The notes under the pieces: generated by a model
What the model was told of the DNA's origin: nothing
Database searches by the model: none
The model's input: only the letters and a program-made list of their open reading frames with translations
Shown: positions 12,610-25,272 of the stretch, piece by piece
Layout: each line of letters begins with the position of its first letter
Numbering within the stretch: position 1 is the stretch's first letter
Translations under genes and position numbers: made by a program
Assembly: GCF_020745735.1 (NCBI RefSeq)
Contig: NC_083438.1
Coordinates: 32,300,443-32,364,442 of the forward strand
Origin: Hemiscyllium ocellatum
Lineage: Eukaryota
Direction of reading: 5' to 3'
Length of the DNA stretch: 64,000 bases

Positions 12610-13445
12610 CCTAACACAAACGAAGCTGCATCAGGACACTATTCAAAAGAGCCACAACACACTGCAGTACACCAGAACTGCGAAAAGAGGAAGAGGAACA
12701 CCTATACAAGGTATTCGCCAAAAACGGATACCCACGCAACTTTATCACCAGATGCCTGAGAGATAGACCACGGAACGAGGACATGCCACAACCAAAAGGA
12801 CTAGCCACACTACCATACGTCAGGAGCGTCTCAGAACTGACAGCCAGACTACTGTGACCCTTAGGACTCATAACAGCACACAAGCCAAGTTCCACTCACA
12901 GACAACAACTCACTAGAACAAAGGACCCAATAGCCAGCACGAGCCAAACTAACGTAGTTTACAAAATACCATGCAAGGACTGCACAAAACACTATATAGG
13001 ACAAACAGGAAGACAGCTAACAATCCGCATCCATGAACATCAGCTAGCCACAAAACGACACGACCAGCTATCCCTAGTAGCCATACACTCAGACAACCAG
13101 GAACATGAATTTGACTGGGAAAACACTACCATCATAGGACAAGCCAGACAGAGAACAGCCAGGGAATTCCTAGAGGCATGGCATTCATCCACAAACTCCA
13201 TCAACAGACACATCGACCTGGACCCCACATACAAACTACTACAGCTGAAACTGACACCCGGAAGCGGCAAGAACAAACCACTATAAATACCGGAAGAAAC
13301 ATCAAAGCAGCGCTTCACAGGAGGCTCCAATAGCACTGATGATGTTCCCTAGCCAGGGAACGAAACGTTTGCAGCAAAAACTTCCAGCTCGGCGAACAGA
13401 ACCACAACAACGGACACCCGAGCTACAAATCTTCAACCAGACTTT
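12610..13445 (+). mobile_element. Penelope-like element family B: RT C-terminus, GIY-YIG endonuclease and 3' end
   Basis: Translates KRSCIRTLFKRATTHC...NGYP...LPYV...VYKIPCKDCTKHYIGQTGRQLTIRIHEH...FLEAWHS. Confidence 0.9.
13333..13372 (+). ncRNA. Minimal type I hammerhead ribozyme motif in a Penelope 3' end
   Basis: GCA-CTGATGA-T-GTTCCCT-AGCC-AGGGAAC-GAAA-CG-TT-TGC: intact core, perfect 7-bp stem II, 3-bp stem I, palindromic ACGT in place of stem III. Confidence 0.75.
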
Positions 13446-13696
13446 AATTCCTAGCACTGTAACAACATCAATATCTCAAAGCAGCTGAACTTCCTGAGGT
13501 TTACTCCAATGTCTGTAAACCTGTCCGTTAGCTCTCTCCCTGTTCATTTGGGTGGTAGGTATAGGACTGATGTTAGGGGTAGATTCTTTACTCAGCGAGT
13601 CGTGAGTTTATGGAATGCCCTGCCAGTAACAGTGGGGGACTCTTCCCTCTTTATGGGCATTTAAATGGACATTGGATAGGCATATGGAGGATAGTG

Positions 13697-13881
13697 CTGC
13701 AAATGTGTTGCTGGTCAAAGCACAGCAGGCCAGGCAGCATCTCAGGAATAGAGAATTCAACGTTTCGAGCATTTGAATTCTCTATTCCTGAGATGCTGCC
13801 TAACCTGCTGTGCTTTGACCAGCAACACATTTGCAGCTGTGATCTCCAGCATCTGCAGACCTCATTTTTTACTCGAAGATT
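13697..13881. mobile_element. Fold-back pair of Penelope 3' ends inserted in a CR1 3' tail
   Basis: Inverted arms of about 70 bp; 15-bp duplication ATATGGAGGATAGTG at 13682-13696 and about 13882-13896. Confidence 0.8.
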
Positions 13882-14300
13882 ATATGGAGGATAGTGGGCT
13901 AGTGTAGGTTAGGTGGGCTTGGATCGGTACAACATCGAGGACTGAAGGGCCTGTACTGCATTTTTCTATGATCTATCCCAGCACTTTCTCCCCACTTACT
14001 CCTCTGTTCATGATCCCTACCATCCCATATTCACGCCCCCAGCTCTCTATCCCTATTTGTCCCCTTCATGTCTACCTATTTACCTTCATCTGTTCCTTTC
14101 CCTACTTGCCCCTATATCTCGCCTATGCTCTGTTCCCTACATCTGTCTCTAAATACCTCATCCATGTTTGTTTGTCCCTCCCAGTCCCTCACCCCTCCCG
14201 GCCAACCCCCATCTTTCTGGTCTTGGTTTCCCCCCTTCTATCTGTCTTTCCATCTCTCTATTTATCCCCCCTCTGTCTCTCTAAGTGCACCTTTAACCCT

Positions 14301-14561
14301 CCCTACCTGTCCGCCGCCGCCGCCGCCGCCGCCTCTTTTTCTCCACATTCACCTCTTCCTCCGCCGTTTTCCCGCCTGGATCGGTCAAACAAGACGCACC
14401 GTGCGTCACTAACGCGCCTCCCGCGCAAGCGCACAGCTCCGGCCGGCCCCCGGCTCCGGCTCTGCGCCTGCGCACCTTTCAGATTCTTTTTCAAATCCTG
14501 GTCAGAGTAACGGAAAAAAACCGCCAGGTGAAGGAGCACGTGAGCGGAGCAACGGGTGAGC
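14301..14561 (-). promoter_or_regulatory. CpG-island promoter and candidate non-coding first exon of an unidentified minus-strand gene
   Basis: CpG-dense island; NRF1-type TGCGCAGGCGCA (14463-14474), TGACGCA (14402-14408), E-box CACGTG (14537-14542), (CCG)7 at 14311-14333, minus-strand donor ACAG|GTAGGG with exon end at 14307. Confidence 0.65.
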
Positions 14562-14589
14562 AGCTAAAAGTGATCCAAACATGAGTAAA

Positions 14590-14980
14590 AAATCGTATTA
14601 ATAATGTCACCAACTTTCAATAATAACCCCCTCAATAGTATCATCATCTTCAATAAGTATCCGCTTTCTTCAATAATATCATCCTTCAAATAATAACATC
14701 TTCAGTAATATTTCCATCCTTCAGTAATAACACCTTCAATAATTTCATTGTCTTTCAATAAGAACACCTTCAACAATATTAATATCCCTCTAAAACAAAC
14801 CCCTTAATAACATCATCATCCTTCAATAATAGCCTTTCAGTAATAGCCCCTTCAATAATTATCATCTCTCTTCAATAATAACTCCTTCAATAATTTCATT
14901 ATCCTTCAATAATAACCCTTCAATAATTAGCCCTTTAATAATATCATTGTCCTTCATTAATAAACTCCACAATAATATAA
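14590..14980. repeat. Degenerate AT-rich CCTTCAATAAT-type low-complexity tract (similar tracts at about 16290-16570 and 19590-19790)
   Basis: Dozens of imperfect ccttcaataat/atcatc units visible. Confidence 0.75.
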
Positions 14981-16290
14981 ATTAGTAAAGTGATGGAAGA
15001 TGTCATCAACTGTGCTACAAAGCAGCACTTGCTCAGCAACAACCTGCTCAGTGACGCCCAGTTTGGGTTTGGCCAGAACCACTCAGCTCCTGACCTTCAA
15101 ATGTGGATAAATGTACTGAATTCCAGAGATGAGGTCAGAGTGTCAGCCCTTGACATCAAGTTTGCATTTGACCAAATGTGGCATCAAGAAGCCCTAGTAA
15201 AACTGGAATCAATGGGTATCAGGGGACAAAAATTTCCATTGATTGGAGTCATACCCGACAAGTAGGAAGTTAGTTGTTCAAGTTCAGTCATTGTGACTCC
15301 AGGACATCTCTGTAGAGGCTCCTCAGGGTAGTGTCCTAGGCCCAACCATCTTCAGCTACTGCATCAATGATCTTCCCTCCATCATAAGGTCAGAAGTGGA
15401 GGTGTTTTTCGATGATTGCAATATGTTCAGCACCATTTGTGACGACTCAGGTATTGAAGCTGTGCAGGTTCAAATGCAACAAGATCTCGATATATCAAGG
15501 CTTGGACTGACAAGTGGCAAGTGATCATTCACACCACACAAATGCCAGGCTATGACTATCACCAATAGAAGACAATCCAACCAGTGGTCCTTAATGTTAA
15601 ATGGTGCTACCATCACTGAATCCCCCATTATCAACATCCTGAGGGTTACATTGGCCAGAAACTCAACTGGACTCTTCAAATAAACACGGTGGCTACAAGG
15701 GCAGTTCACAGGCTACGAATATTAGAACAAGTAACTCACCTCCTGACTCCCCAAAGCCTGTCCACCATCTACAAGGCACATTCAAGAGTGTCATGGAGTA
15801 CTCCTGACTTGCCTGAATGGATACATCTCCAAAAACACTCAAAAAACTTGATGTCGACCAGGACAAAGCAGCAGATCTGATTGGCATCACATCCACAAAC
15901 ATCCACTTCCCTCCAACATCGATGCTCAGAAGCAGCAGTGTGTATCATCTACAAGATGCACCGCAGAAATTCACCAAAGATCCTCAGACAGCACCTTCCA
16001 AACTTGTGACCACTTCCATGTAGAAGGACAAGGATAGCAGATACATGGGAACACCACCAGCTTCAAGTTCCCATCTAAGCCATACACCATCCTGATTTGG
16101 AAATATATCATCATTCCTTCACTGTTACTGGGCCAAAATCCTGGAATTCCCTTCCTATTTTGGCATTGTGGATCAAACCACAGAAGTGGACTGTAGTGGT
16201 TCAAGGAGGCAGTTCACCACCATCTTCTCAAGGGCAGTGAGGGAGGGGCAATAAATGCTGGCCAGCCAGCAATGCTCACATCCCTTCAAA
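14975..16290 (+). mobile_element. CR1 (HER1-like) LINE, RT to 3' end, degenerate
   Basis: QHLLSNNLLSDAQFGF, ALDIKFAFDQMWH, PQGSVLGP-type motifs. Confidence 0.8.
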
Positions 16291-16574
16291 AATAACCCCC
16301 TCAATAATACTATCATCCTTCAATAATCAACTGTTCAGTAATATCATCCTTTGAAAACCACTTGAATTTTTCATTATCTTTCAATAATAAACAACACAAT
16401 AATATCATTCCCTTGAATTATAACCTCTTCAATATCATTATCCTTCTGCAATAGCTCATTCAATAATATCATCATACTTTCAATAATAATCTCTCCTGTA
16501 ATAGCACCCCCTCCCCCATTAATACCATTCTTTAACAATAACTGCTTCAATAATATCATCATCCCTGCAATACT

Positions 16575-19500
16575 AACGAGGTAATGGCCTTGTGGTATTA
16601 TTGCTCGACTCTTAATTCAGAAACTCAGCTCGTTCTGGGATCCAGGTTAAAACTGTCAAGCACATGGTGAAATTAGTATTCAATAAAAAATATTGGAACT
16701 AAGAATCTATTGATGACCATGAAACCATTTTCAATTGTTGGATAAATTGGCTCACTAATGCCCTTCAGAGAAGGAAACCTGTCATCCTCATCTGCTCTGG
16801 CCAAAATGTTACTCCCAACCCACAGCAATGTGGTTGACCCTCAACTTTCCTCTGAAATAGCCAAGCAAGCCATTCAGTTGCATCAATCGTTGCAAAGAAG
16901 TAGGCATTGACCTACACACCAGAAAAGACAATGGCAGAAACAGCCTGGTCAACCTTGCAAATTCTTCCTTGCAAACAGTGCCAAAACTGGGAGAGCTGTC
17001 TCACAGACTGGTCAAGCAACAGTCGCATGGAATCATGCTTTACAGACAATGTCCAGACATCACCAGCACGATCCCTGGATATGTCCTGTCCCACCTACAG
17101 AACAGACCCAGCAGAAGTGGTAGCACACGGTTGGGAAGGAGTTGCCCTGGAAGCCCTCAACTTTGACTCCAAATCCCTTACTTCTCATGCTTCAGCTTAA
17201 ACATGGGCAAGGAAACCACCGTGTACCCTCTCAGTTGACGAGTCTACACCACCATATTGAAAAACACTGAGGAGGAGCACAGAAGATGGCAAGAACACAA
17301 ATGTACAAAACTCTGGATGAAGAATTTCAATGTCCACCATCAAGTGTGGCTCGGCAGCAACCCTACTGATGGAGCTGGTCTTATCCTAAAGCACATAGCT
17401 GCTAGACTAGGTCTGTCATAGGTGGTGAGTGACTTTACAAGATCAAAAGCATACTTGACATCATCCTTACTAATCTGCCGGCTGCAGATGCAGTTGTCTT
17501 TGACAGTATCTTTAAGAGTGACAACTGCATGGTCCTTGTGGAGACCAAGCCCTGCCTTTAAATTCTAGCAACTCAGGATTGGGCATCACTGAGGCATTGT
17601 GGGCTATCAACAGCAGCAGAATTGTACTCCAGCACGATATGCAACCTCACAGTCTCAAATATCTTCTACCCAACCATTACCAGTATTTATTATCCATCCC
17701 TAATCATCAGGAGGGCTATTAAGTGTCAACCACATTGCTGTGGGTCTGGAGTTGCATGTAGGCCAGATCAGTTAAGGACAGCAATTTCCTTCCTTAAAGA
17801 ACATTTACGAAGACAGATGCCAGTCTTCAGCTAATTCAATTCACTCCACGTGATATCAAGAAATGGTTGGAGACACTGGATATTGCAAAGTTTAAGGGCC
17901 CTGACAACATTCCAACAACAGTACTGAAGACTTGTGTTTCAAAACTTGCTACTCCCCTAGCCAAGCTGTTCCAATACAGCTACAACTCAGGCATCTACTG
18001 GATAATGTGGAAAATTGGCCAATTATGTCCTGTATACAAAAATCAGGATGAATCCAACCGGACTGCTCCATCAGTTTTGATCATCAATAAAATCATGGAC
18101 AGTACCATCAACAGTGGTATCAAGCAGCACCTGCTAAGCAATTACCAGTCAGTGACTCCAGTTTAGGTTCTGCCAGGGCCACTCAGCTCCTGATCTCATT
18201 ACAGCTTAGGTTCAAACATGGACAGAAGAGCTGAATTCCAGAGGTGAGATGACATGAAGGCTGCGTTCAACTGAGCATGATATCAAGGGGTCTTAGCAAA
18301 TCAGTGGGTGTCGGGGCAAACTCTCTGCTGGTTACAGTCATACCTGGCATATGGAAAATGGTCGTGGTTGTTGGAGGCCAGTCATCACAACTCCAGGACA
18401 TCTCTGCGTGAGTTCCTCAAAATAATGTCCTCGGCCCAACAGCTACTTCATCAATGACCTTCCCTCCATCACAAGGTCACATAGCTGCTAGTCTAGGTCT
18501 TCTGTAGGTGGTGAGTGAATCAACAAGATGGAAAAGCATACTAATCTACCAGCTGCAGATGCAGTTGTCTTTGACAGTATCTTTAAGGGTGACCACTGCA
18601 TGGTCCTTGTGGAGAATAAGTCCCGCCTTCAAATTCTAGCAACTCAGGATTGGGCATTCATGAGGCACTGTGGGCTATCAGCAGCATAATTGTACTCCAG
18701 CTCAATATGCAACCTCATGGTCTCAAATATCCTCAATTCAGAAGTGGGGATGATTACACAATGTTCAGCACCACTCATGGTCCCTCAGATACTGAAGCAG
18801 TTCGTGTTCAAATACAGCATGACTGGACATTATCCAGGCTTGAGCTGACAAGTGGAAAGTAACATTCGCAGCACACAAATGCCATGCAATAACTATCTTC
18901 AATGAGAGACAGTCTAACCCCCAACTTATGACATTCAATGGTGTTACATCACTGAATCCCCCACTATCAAAATCCTTGGGGTTACAATTGATCAGATATT
19001 CAACTGAACTTGTCACATGAACATAATGGCTACAAGAGCTGTTAAAAAGGCTAGGAATACTGTAACAATTAACTCACCTCCTGACTCCCCAAAGCCTATC
19101 CACCATCTATAACACATAAATCAGGAGTATGATGGAATACTCCCCACTTGACTGGATTAGTACAGCTCCAACCACACGCAAGATAAACCATCCAGGATAA
19201 ACCAATATGCTTGATTGGCATCATATCCACAAGCATCCAGTCCCTTCACCACCAACACTCAGTAGCAGCAGTGTGTACTATTTCCAAGATATTGCAGAAA
19301 TTCACCAAGGCTCCTGAAACAGCATCTTCCAAACCCATGACAACGTCCATGACTTCCATCCAGAAGGACAAGGGCAGCAAATACACCTGCAAGTTCCATT
19401 CCAAGCCACTCGCCATCCTGGATATATATCGCTGTTCCTTCAGTGTTGCTGAGAGAAAATACTTGAGTTCCCTCCCTAAGGGCATTGTAAGTTAACTGAT

Positions 19501-19580
19501 AGTCTGGGGATTGCAGCGGATCAAGAAGGCAACACACCGATAAATGCTGGTCGACACAGTATCACCACATCCCACAAGGG
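16575..19580 (+). mobile_element. Mosaic of CR1 fragments (5' region, endonuclease, RT, 3' end) with an internal direct duplication (about 17395-17665 and 18485-18730)
   Basis: VPKLGELSHRLVKQQ endonuclease start (16969-17166); KFKGPDNIP...LATPLAKLFQ RT segment (17867-18166). Confidence 0.75.
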
Positions 19581-21099
19581 AATAAAACTAAATCATTATC
19601 CCTTCAATAGTAATTTCTTAATAGTATCATCATTCTTTAATAATACCTCCTCCAATAATATCATCATCACTTAATCTCCTTCAATAGTATCATCTCATTT
19701 CTATAATATCATCGCTGCTTCAATAATACCCCTTCACAAACTCAGTCCTTCAATTATATTTTCAACCATTCATTTCAACTCATTTAATAATATCTTTAGG
19801 ACATACTCCTCATAAGGGGAATGTGGGCAAATGTTGGCCTGTCCATTCCCATCTTTTCTATTTATTCTCTATTGAGGGCTGTTTGCCCCTGGAATGAGGG
19901 AGGTGTTAAGAGAGACGTTAGTGGTTGGCACAGATGTTCAAGTTGGTGTTGATGGGAGAAATGGCAAAGAGGTGTTAGCATGGGAGTGAGTAAGAAGGTG
20001 TGCATGGTTCGTCATGCGGAGGGTTTAGGTGGATGAAAGTGAAGAAAGATGCTGCATGTAAGAGTGAGAGGGGTAAAGTATGGATCTTGGCTGGCAGATG
20101 GGTACAGATGGAGAGACAATAGTGAGACTTAACAGATGGTGACACTTCCTGGCAGAATGAAGCAGGTTATCGACCTTCTTCCTATATTGCTGGGTATTCT
20201 TTCAGATAGCTGAGATGGCACTGACTCAGTGGCGAACTTGGACTAGTCTGGTATGATGATATCCTCTGGCAGTCCTGGAGATGAGGACATTTATCTTCTG
20301 CATTGGCCCATCCACCTGGACCTTAAGTCCCTGTCCACAGAGTGGTGCACCATTTTTCCCTTGGTGCCACATTTGAGGAACATATCAGCTACCGTGGTCA
20401 GCAGTGCAAACTGATGATGCCTGTCTGGGAGCACAATGGACATTTAAGGATTGCACCAGTGACAGTGATCCCTGACTATTCTAGGGTATCTGGCAAGTGA
20501 TGTGTTGTTCCAGTGAATGATCGAATTGGACTGGAATCAGACGAGAAGGGTGCAATTGGGGCAGAGTAATTAGTTATAGGGACATAGAGTCACGCAGCAT
20601 GGAAACAGACTGGTCCACACTGATCAGCCATCCCATTTGCCAGCATTTGGCCCATATCCTTCTCAACCTTTCCTATTCATGTACTCAACTGGATTCCTTT
20701 TAAATGTTGTAATTGTAGCAGTCTCCACCACTTCCTATGGCAGCTCATACCATACATGTATCACTCACTGATGAAAAAAATACTCCTCAAGTCATTTTTA
20801 AATCTTTCCCTTTTTACCTTAAACCTATGTCCTTTAGTTTTGGACTTCTTCCCCCTAGGAAAAGGCATTGGCTATTCACCCTATCCATGTCCTTCATGAC
20901 TCTATGTAAACCTCTACTTGGTCACCCCTCAGCCTCCAGTGCTCCAGGGAAAAAAAGCCCTAGCTTTTCTAAATTGCTTGTGAATGTTTATTGTAACAAT
21001 CAATTTAAATTACATTATAGAAATGAATACTGTGTGATAGAATATCAGAGACAGTTACAACATGACTATTCTACTTTAAATGTGTGCACAATGTTTATA

Positions 21100-21310
21100 G
21101 GAGAAAGTGAGGTCTGCAGATGCTGGAGATCAGAGCTGAAAATGTGTTGCTGGAAAAGCGCAGCAGGTCAGGCAGCATCCAAGGAACAGGAGATTCGACA
21201 TTTTGGGCATAAGCCCTTCTTCCTGAAGAAGGGCTTATGCCCGAAACGTCAAATCTCCTGTTCCTTGGATGCTGCCTGACCTGCTGCGCTTTTCCAGCAA
21301 CACATTTTCA
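21100..21310. mobile_element. Fold-back pair of Penelope family A 3' ends
   Basis: 88-bp arms 21135-21222 and 21225-21312 with three mismatches, all at CpG positions; 14-bp duplication GCACAATGTTTATA at 21086-21099 and 21311-21324. Confidence 0.9.
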
Positions 21311-23244
21311 GCACAATGTTTATAATCAGCTTAAAAAACAGTTGGATATTCAATCAAATAAGATATGATCCATTTATCTTACAGTTCAGATGTTTGGCAG
21401 TCCTCCAGCTGCAAGGTGTGCCAAGTTCCCAAAAGTGGCATGATTTTGTATATTGTGGTTTCTCACTGGCTCCCCGTTCAAATACGGCACAGAGTGCATG
21501 CTATTTCCAGAAACTCCATTCAACAATTAACAGTTTACAGAAACAAACCAAACACTGCAATGGAAAGGAAGAGATAGGAACATCATCCAGCAGAGTGTCT
21601 TCAGTCATTATCCTTATCGGAGAAATAATATGGAAATTTAAGAGGAAATATCAGTCGAGGGTTCATTGCCCTTATTGAGAGAGAGACCATGTCTGTCAGT
21701 GTGCGGGAAAAATGAAACCACGAGGACAATAAGACTATAATCAGCAGCTGTTCCCCCACACAGACCAGGAATAAAACATACCATTTTGCAGAAAGCAAAA
21801 TGAATGTCTCCGTATCTTTTCCAGCCAGACCCTACCATCCTTCCATGCTGTCCCAGGCAATCTCCTTCCTTCCACTTTGCTTTGTCCCCTCACATCCCTA
21901 ACACACTTCTTGCTATGTCCCAATCATTCTTTCCACCTGTGGTCCAGTCTACAATCTGCATCCATTCAAACCACCTCGCAAGCCCATCTTTGCCCCCATT
22001 CCCTATCCCTCCATTTTCCTTGATCCCTTTCCCATTCTCCCCATCTACCACCACCACCCCCTCCATTCTTACCTCCTCTCCCACCTGAGGTCTTCTATTC
22101 TGCACCCCCCCCCCATTCTCCTCTCTCCCTTCCCACTCCCCAATCGCTGTCTTTCTCTCCCACTCTCCTAATCTCTCCTCATTCTAACTGTTTTCCTTCC
22201 TGTCTCTCTCCCCTACTTTGCCCATCTTGTTTTCCTATCCTCTCTCATTTTTCCTCAATCCTATACACTGATGAATTGTAACCCCTGTTAATAATTACCC
22301 TGTTATATGCATTTCTGTAAGCAAAGAGGTGAGTATTGGGGGTGATGACAGTGAGTTTCCCCAAGAGCCCACCACCACCACCACCACCACCACCCCGTCC
22401 CTGGGTGGAAAACATTGACAGTAAGTGTCTGCAGGTCATCTCCCAGTACCGGGAGCCAGGTCAAGATGCAGAAAGACCCATACTGTCCAGAGGGGGGTCT
22501 TAATTCCTGTCCCTTCCCACTCTCCCAGTCTTAGCACTGGAATACCAGTTTGTTGGAAGCATGCACTTACGTTGTTCTTTTACTCCAATCCCTTCAAAGG
22601 AGAAGCAGCTTTTAGCACAATGTGAGGAAATTCCAAAATTAACCAGAGGAAGTTGCTCAGGAGCTCCCAAACAATCCCAAGCATATTTGTTGTTTCCAAA
22701 TAGCAAGATTTCATCAGTCTGAGAAAAGGGGGAGGGGAGTGTTGAGATGGATGGAGGTGTGGGGGGTGGAGCGGGAAGGAGTGGTTGGCATGTTGGCAGC
22801 GGGGAGATCTGCTGTCCTTACCCAGTCTGGCTTATATGTGATTCCTTATTCCACAACAGTATGATTGACTGTGAACTGCCCTCTGGGCCACATGGGATGG
22901 GCACCTAGTCAACAACGCCCAGTCCCCACGTTTGGATGTTAAAAATGTGGGAGATCAACAAGAATGTGGAAGCTGGGACGGGAAAGGATGAGAATGGGTG
23001 CTGTGTGACCAGGATTTGGGGACACTGTGCTCAGCAGAAATGGAGCTGCTGTCGAAACAGGGAAAGGTTAAGAGTTGAAGATTCAATTCAGTGAACTGAA
23101 ACTATCAAGATAATGTGATCACGAGTGTTGGGGAAATGTTACTGAACATTTGATTTCCTGTCGATTGGTTACTGAGCTGACAGCAGGATGCTAAATGTCC
23201 TGAATTATGGTGCTATTCGCCCTATTGACCCAGGCTCCTGCCTT

Positions 23245-23914
23245 TTCCCCATCCCTGCATTCCATTCCTGATGAATTTTAACCCTGCTAATAGGACCCAC
23301 ATGCCCTGTTCTATGCACTTCCCTGAGCAAAAAGCTGATCAATTCCATGCCCTCTTGCTTGCCTCAGTTGAAACCGCCTCGGCTGCAGTTAGCGGCAGTG
23401 AGCTGCACACCCGAACTACTTGCAGTGTGAAAAACTCACAAACAAAACAAAGAACTGTGGAACTGGAGATCTGAAACAAACAAAATAAAGTAAATCAGAC
23501 AATAAATTCTCGCCAGCCTGCGACACCCACAAACAAATAAAATAAATCTCTGGAGAAACAGCAATCTAGGGAGAGGAAGCTGCGTTCAGAATGTTAACTC
23601 TGCTCCTTCACCACAGATGCTGCCAGACCTGCTGAGTTTCTCAAGCGATTTCCGTTTGGTTTCCCCTCACAACATCATTAATTCATTTGCACATCACTGT
23701 AAATCTATGTGCCACCTTACCCCTGTTCTTTTTTCCCTTTACAAACGGAAATGGCTCTCGTCTTAGCTAACTTGTGAGCTAACTGTGGCCGAGGCGGTTT
23801 CAACTGAGGCAAGCAAGAGGGCATGGGGTTGATCACCTCTTTGCTCAGGGAAGGGCATGTGGGTCATATTAACAGGGTTAAAATTCATCAGGAATGGAAT
23901 GCAGGGATGGGGAA
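23245..23914. repeat. Long inverted repeat pair (arms about 23245-23393 and 23778-23914)
   Basis: Arms align at roughly 90% apart from an ~11-bp indel; the spacer contains a decayed Penelope-end fragment. Confidence 0.85.
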
Positions 23915-24016
23915 ATTTGTTTATGGAAGAATCATTCATTGCTCTACTGGTCTGGACACGTCGGTCCAGACATAAAGTGCCCTCGGGCAATAACTGATAA
24001 CCAGGGTGTGACCGCC

Positions 24017-24235
24017 TGGATTTTCCCTCTGTTTAAAGGTTACTGTGACTCAGGATGAGTCTGGACTTTCCCAATCTCTCACAGAGAGCCAGGATTAGGA
24101 GTCCGGATGCAGCCCGTCGGGAAAAGCCCCCCGGGAGAGGGAGAAGGTACATAGACTGATCTATCCCCTACTACCCCTCTATAAAATGTGCGTCAGTCTG
24201 AAAACTGATGATAAACGGCATCCCAAAGTGAAACT
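24017..24235 (+). promoter_or_regulatory. Candidate immune-inducible promoter of the IgSF gene
   Basis: RELA-type TGGATTTTCC (24017) and TGGACTTTCC (24062), kB-like GGGAAAAGCCC (24119), AP-1 TGACTCA (24046), CCAAT (24071), TATAAAA (24180), TGCGTCA (24189), IRF-type AAAGTGAAACT (24225); about 1 kb upstream of the leader exon. Confidence 0.5.
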
Positions 24236-24354
24236 GCTTTCAGGCTGAGGATTTGTTGTTGCTGTGAGGAGCGGACTCTGCACCTCACATGTATACATTT
24301 GTTGCTCGTCGGCTGTTCGGTTGCAATTCAAGCGGCCTTATAATAATCATGTAG

Positions 24355-25200
24355 ATGAAAGTGGGTACTGCAGATGCTGGAGTTCAGAGTCAAGATTAGA
24401 GTGATGCTGAAAAAGCACAGCAGGTCAGGCAGCATTGAGAAGCAGGAAAGTCGATGTTTCGTGCAAGAGCCCTTCATTAGGAACGAGGCAGGGAGCCTCT
24501 GGGGTGGAGAGATAAATGGGAGGGGGGTGGGGCTGGGGAGAAGAGTGCATTTGGTGGATGGAGGTGGGGATAAAGGTGATAGGTCAGAGAGGAGGGTGGA
24601 ATGGATTGGGGGAAGGAAGATTGGCAGGTCTGACAGGTCATGAGGATGGTGCTGAGCTGGCAGGTTGGAACTGGGGTAAGCTGGGGGGAGTGGAAATGAG
24701 GAAACTGGTGAAGTCCACATTGATGCCCTGGGGTTGAAGTGTTCTGAGGCAGAAGATGAGGCGTTTTTCCTCCAGGCGTTGGGTGGTGAGGGAGCAGTGG
24801 TGGAGGAGGTTCAGGACCTGCATGTCAGGACCTGGGCAGAGTGGGAGGAGAGTTGAAATGTTGGGCCATGGGCCAGTGGGGTTGATTAGAGATGTTTCCT
24901 AAAGCGCTCTGTGAGAGGCGTCCAGTCTCCCCAACGTAGAGGAGACCACATCGGGAGCAACTGATACAATAAATGACATTGGTGGATGTGCAGATGAAAC
25001 TTTGATGGATGTGGAAGGCTCCTTTGGGGCCATGGATGGAGGTGATGGAGGAGGTGTGGGCGCAGGTTTTGAATTACAAAACCTGCACTCCCAGCCTCAT
25101 TCCTGATGAAGGGCTTTTGCCCTAAAAGTGGATGTTCCTGCTCCTTGAATGCTGCTTGACCTGCTGTGCTTTTACAGCACCACTCCAATCTAGAATCTGG
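24355..25200. mobile_element. Penelope family A 3' portion on - followed by an inverted 3' end on +
   Basis: Minus strand matches 5340-5920 (QRLEEKRLIFCL..LQPQG); 25090-25190 repeats the terminus on +; both hammerhead cores are mutated. Confidence 0.8.
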
Positions 25201-25272
25201 GGAAGGTGGCGAAACAAGGAGGTGCCAGCTACAATCTGTTGTGAAGGGTTTAATTCTGTTTTCTTGTTACAG

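Noticed and set aside
13968-14510. 180-aa ORF over the CpG island and similar Pro/Leu/Ser-rich ORFs
   Set aside because: Low-complexity pyrimidine tracts and GC-rich promoter sequence; no domain signal.
20737-21678. 180-aa and 120-aa ORFs
   Set aside because: Run through CR1 antisense sequence and the Penelope fold-back; no coherent protein features.
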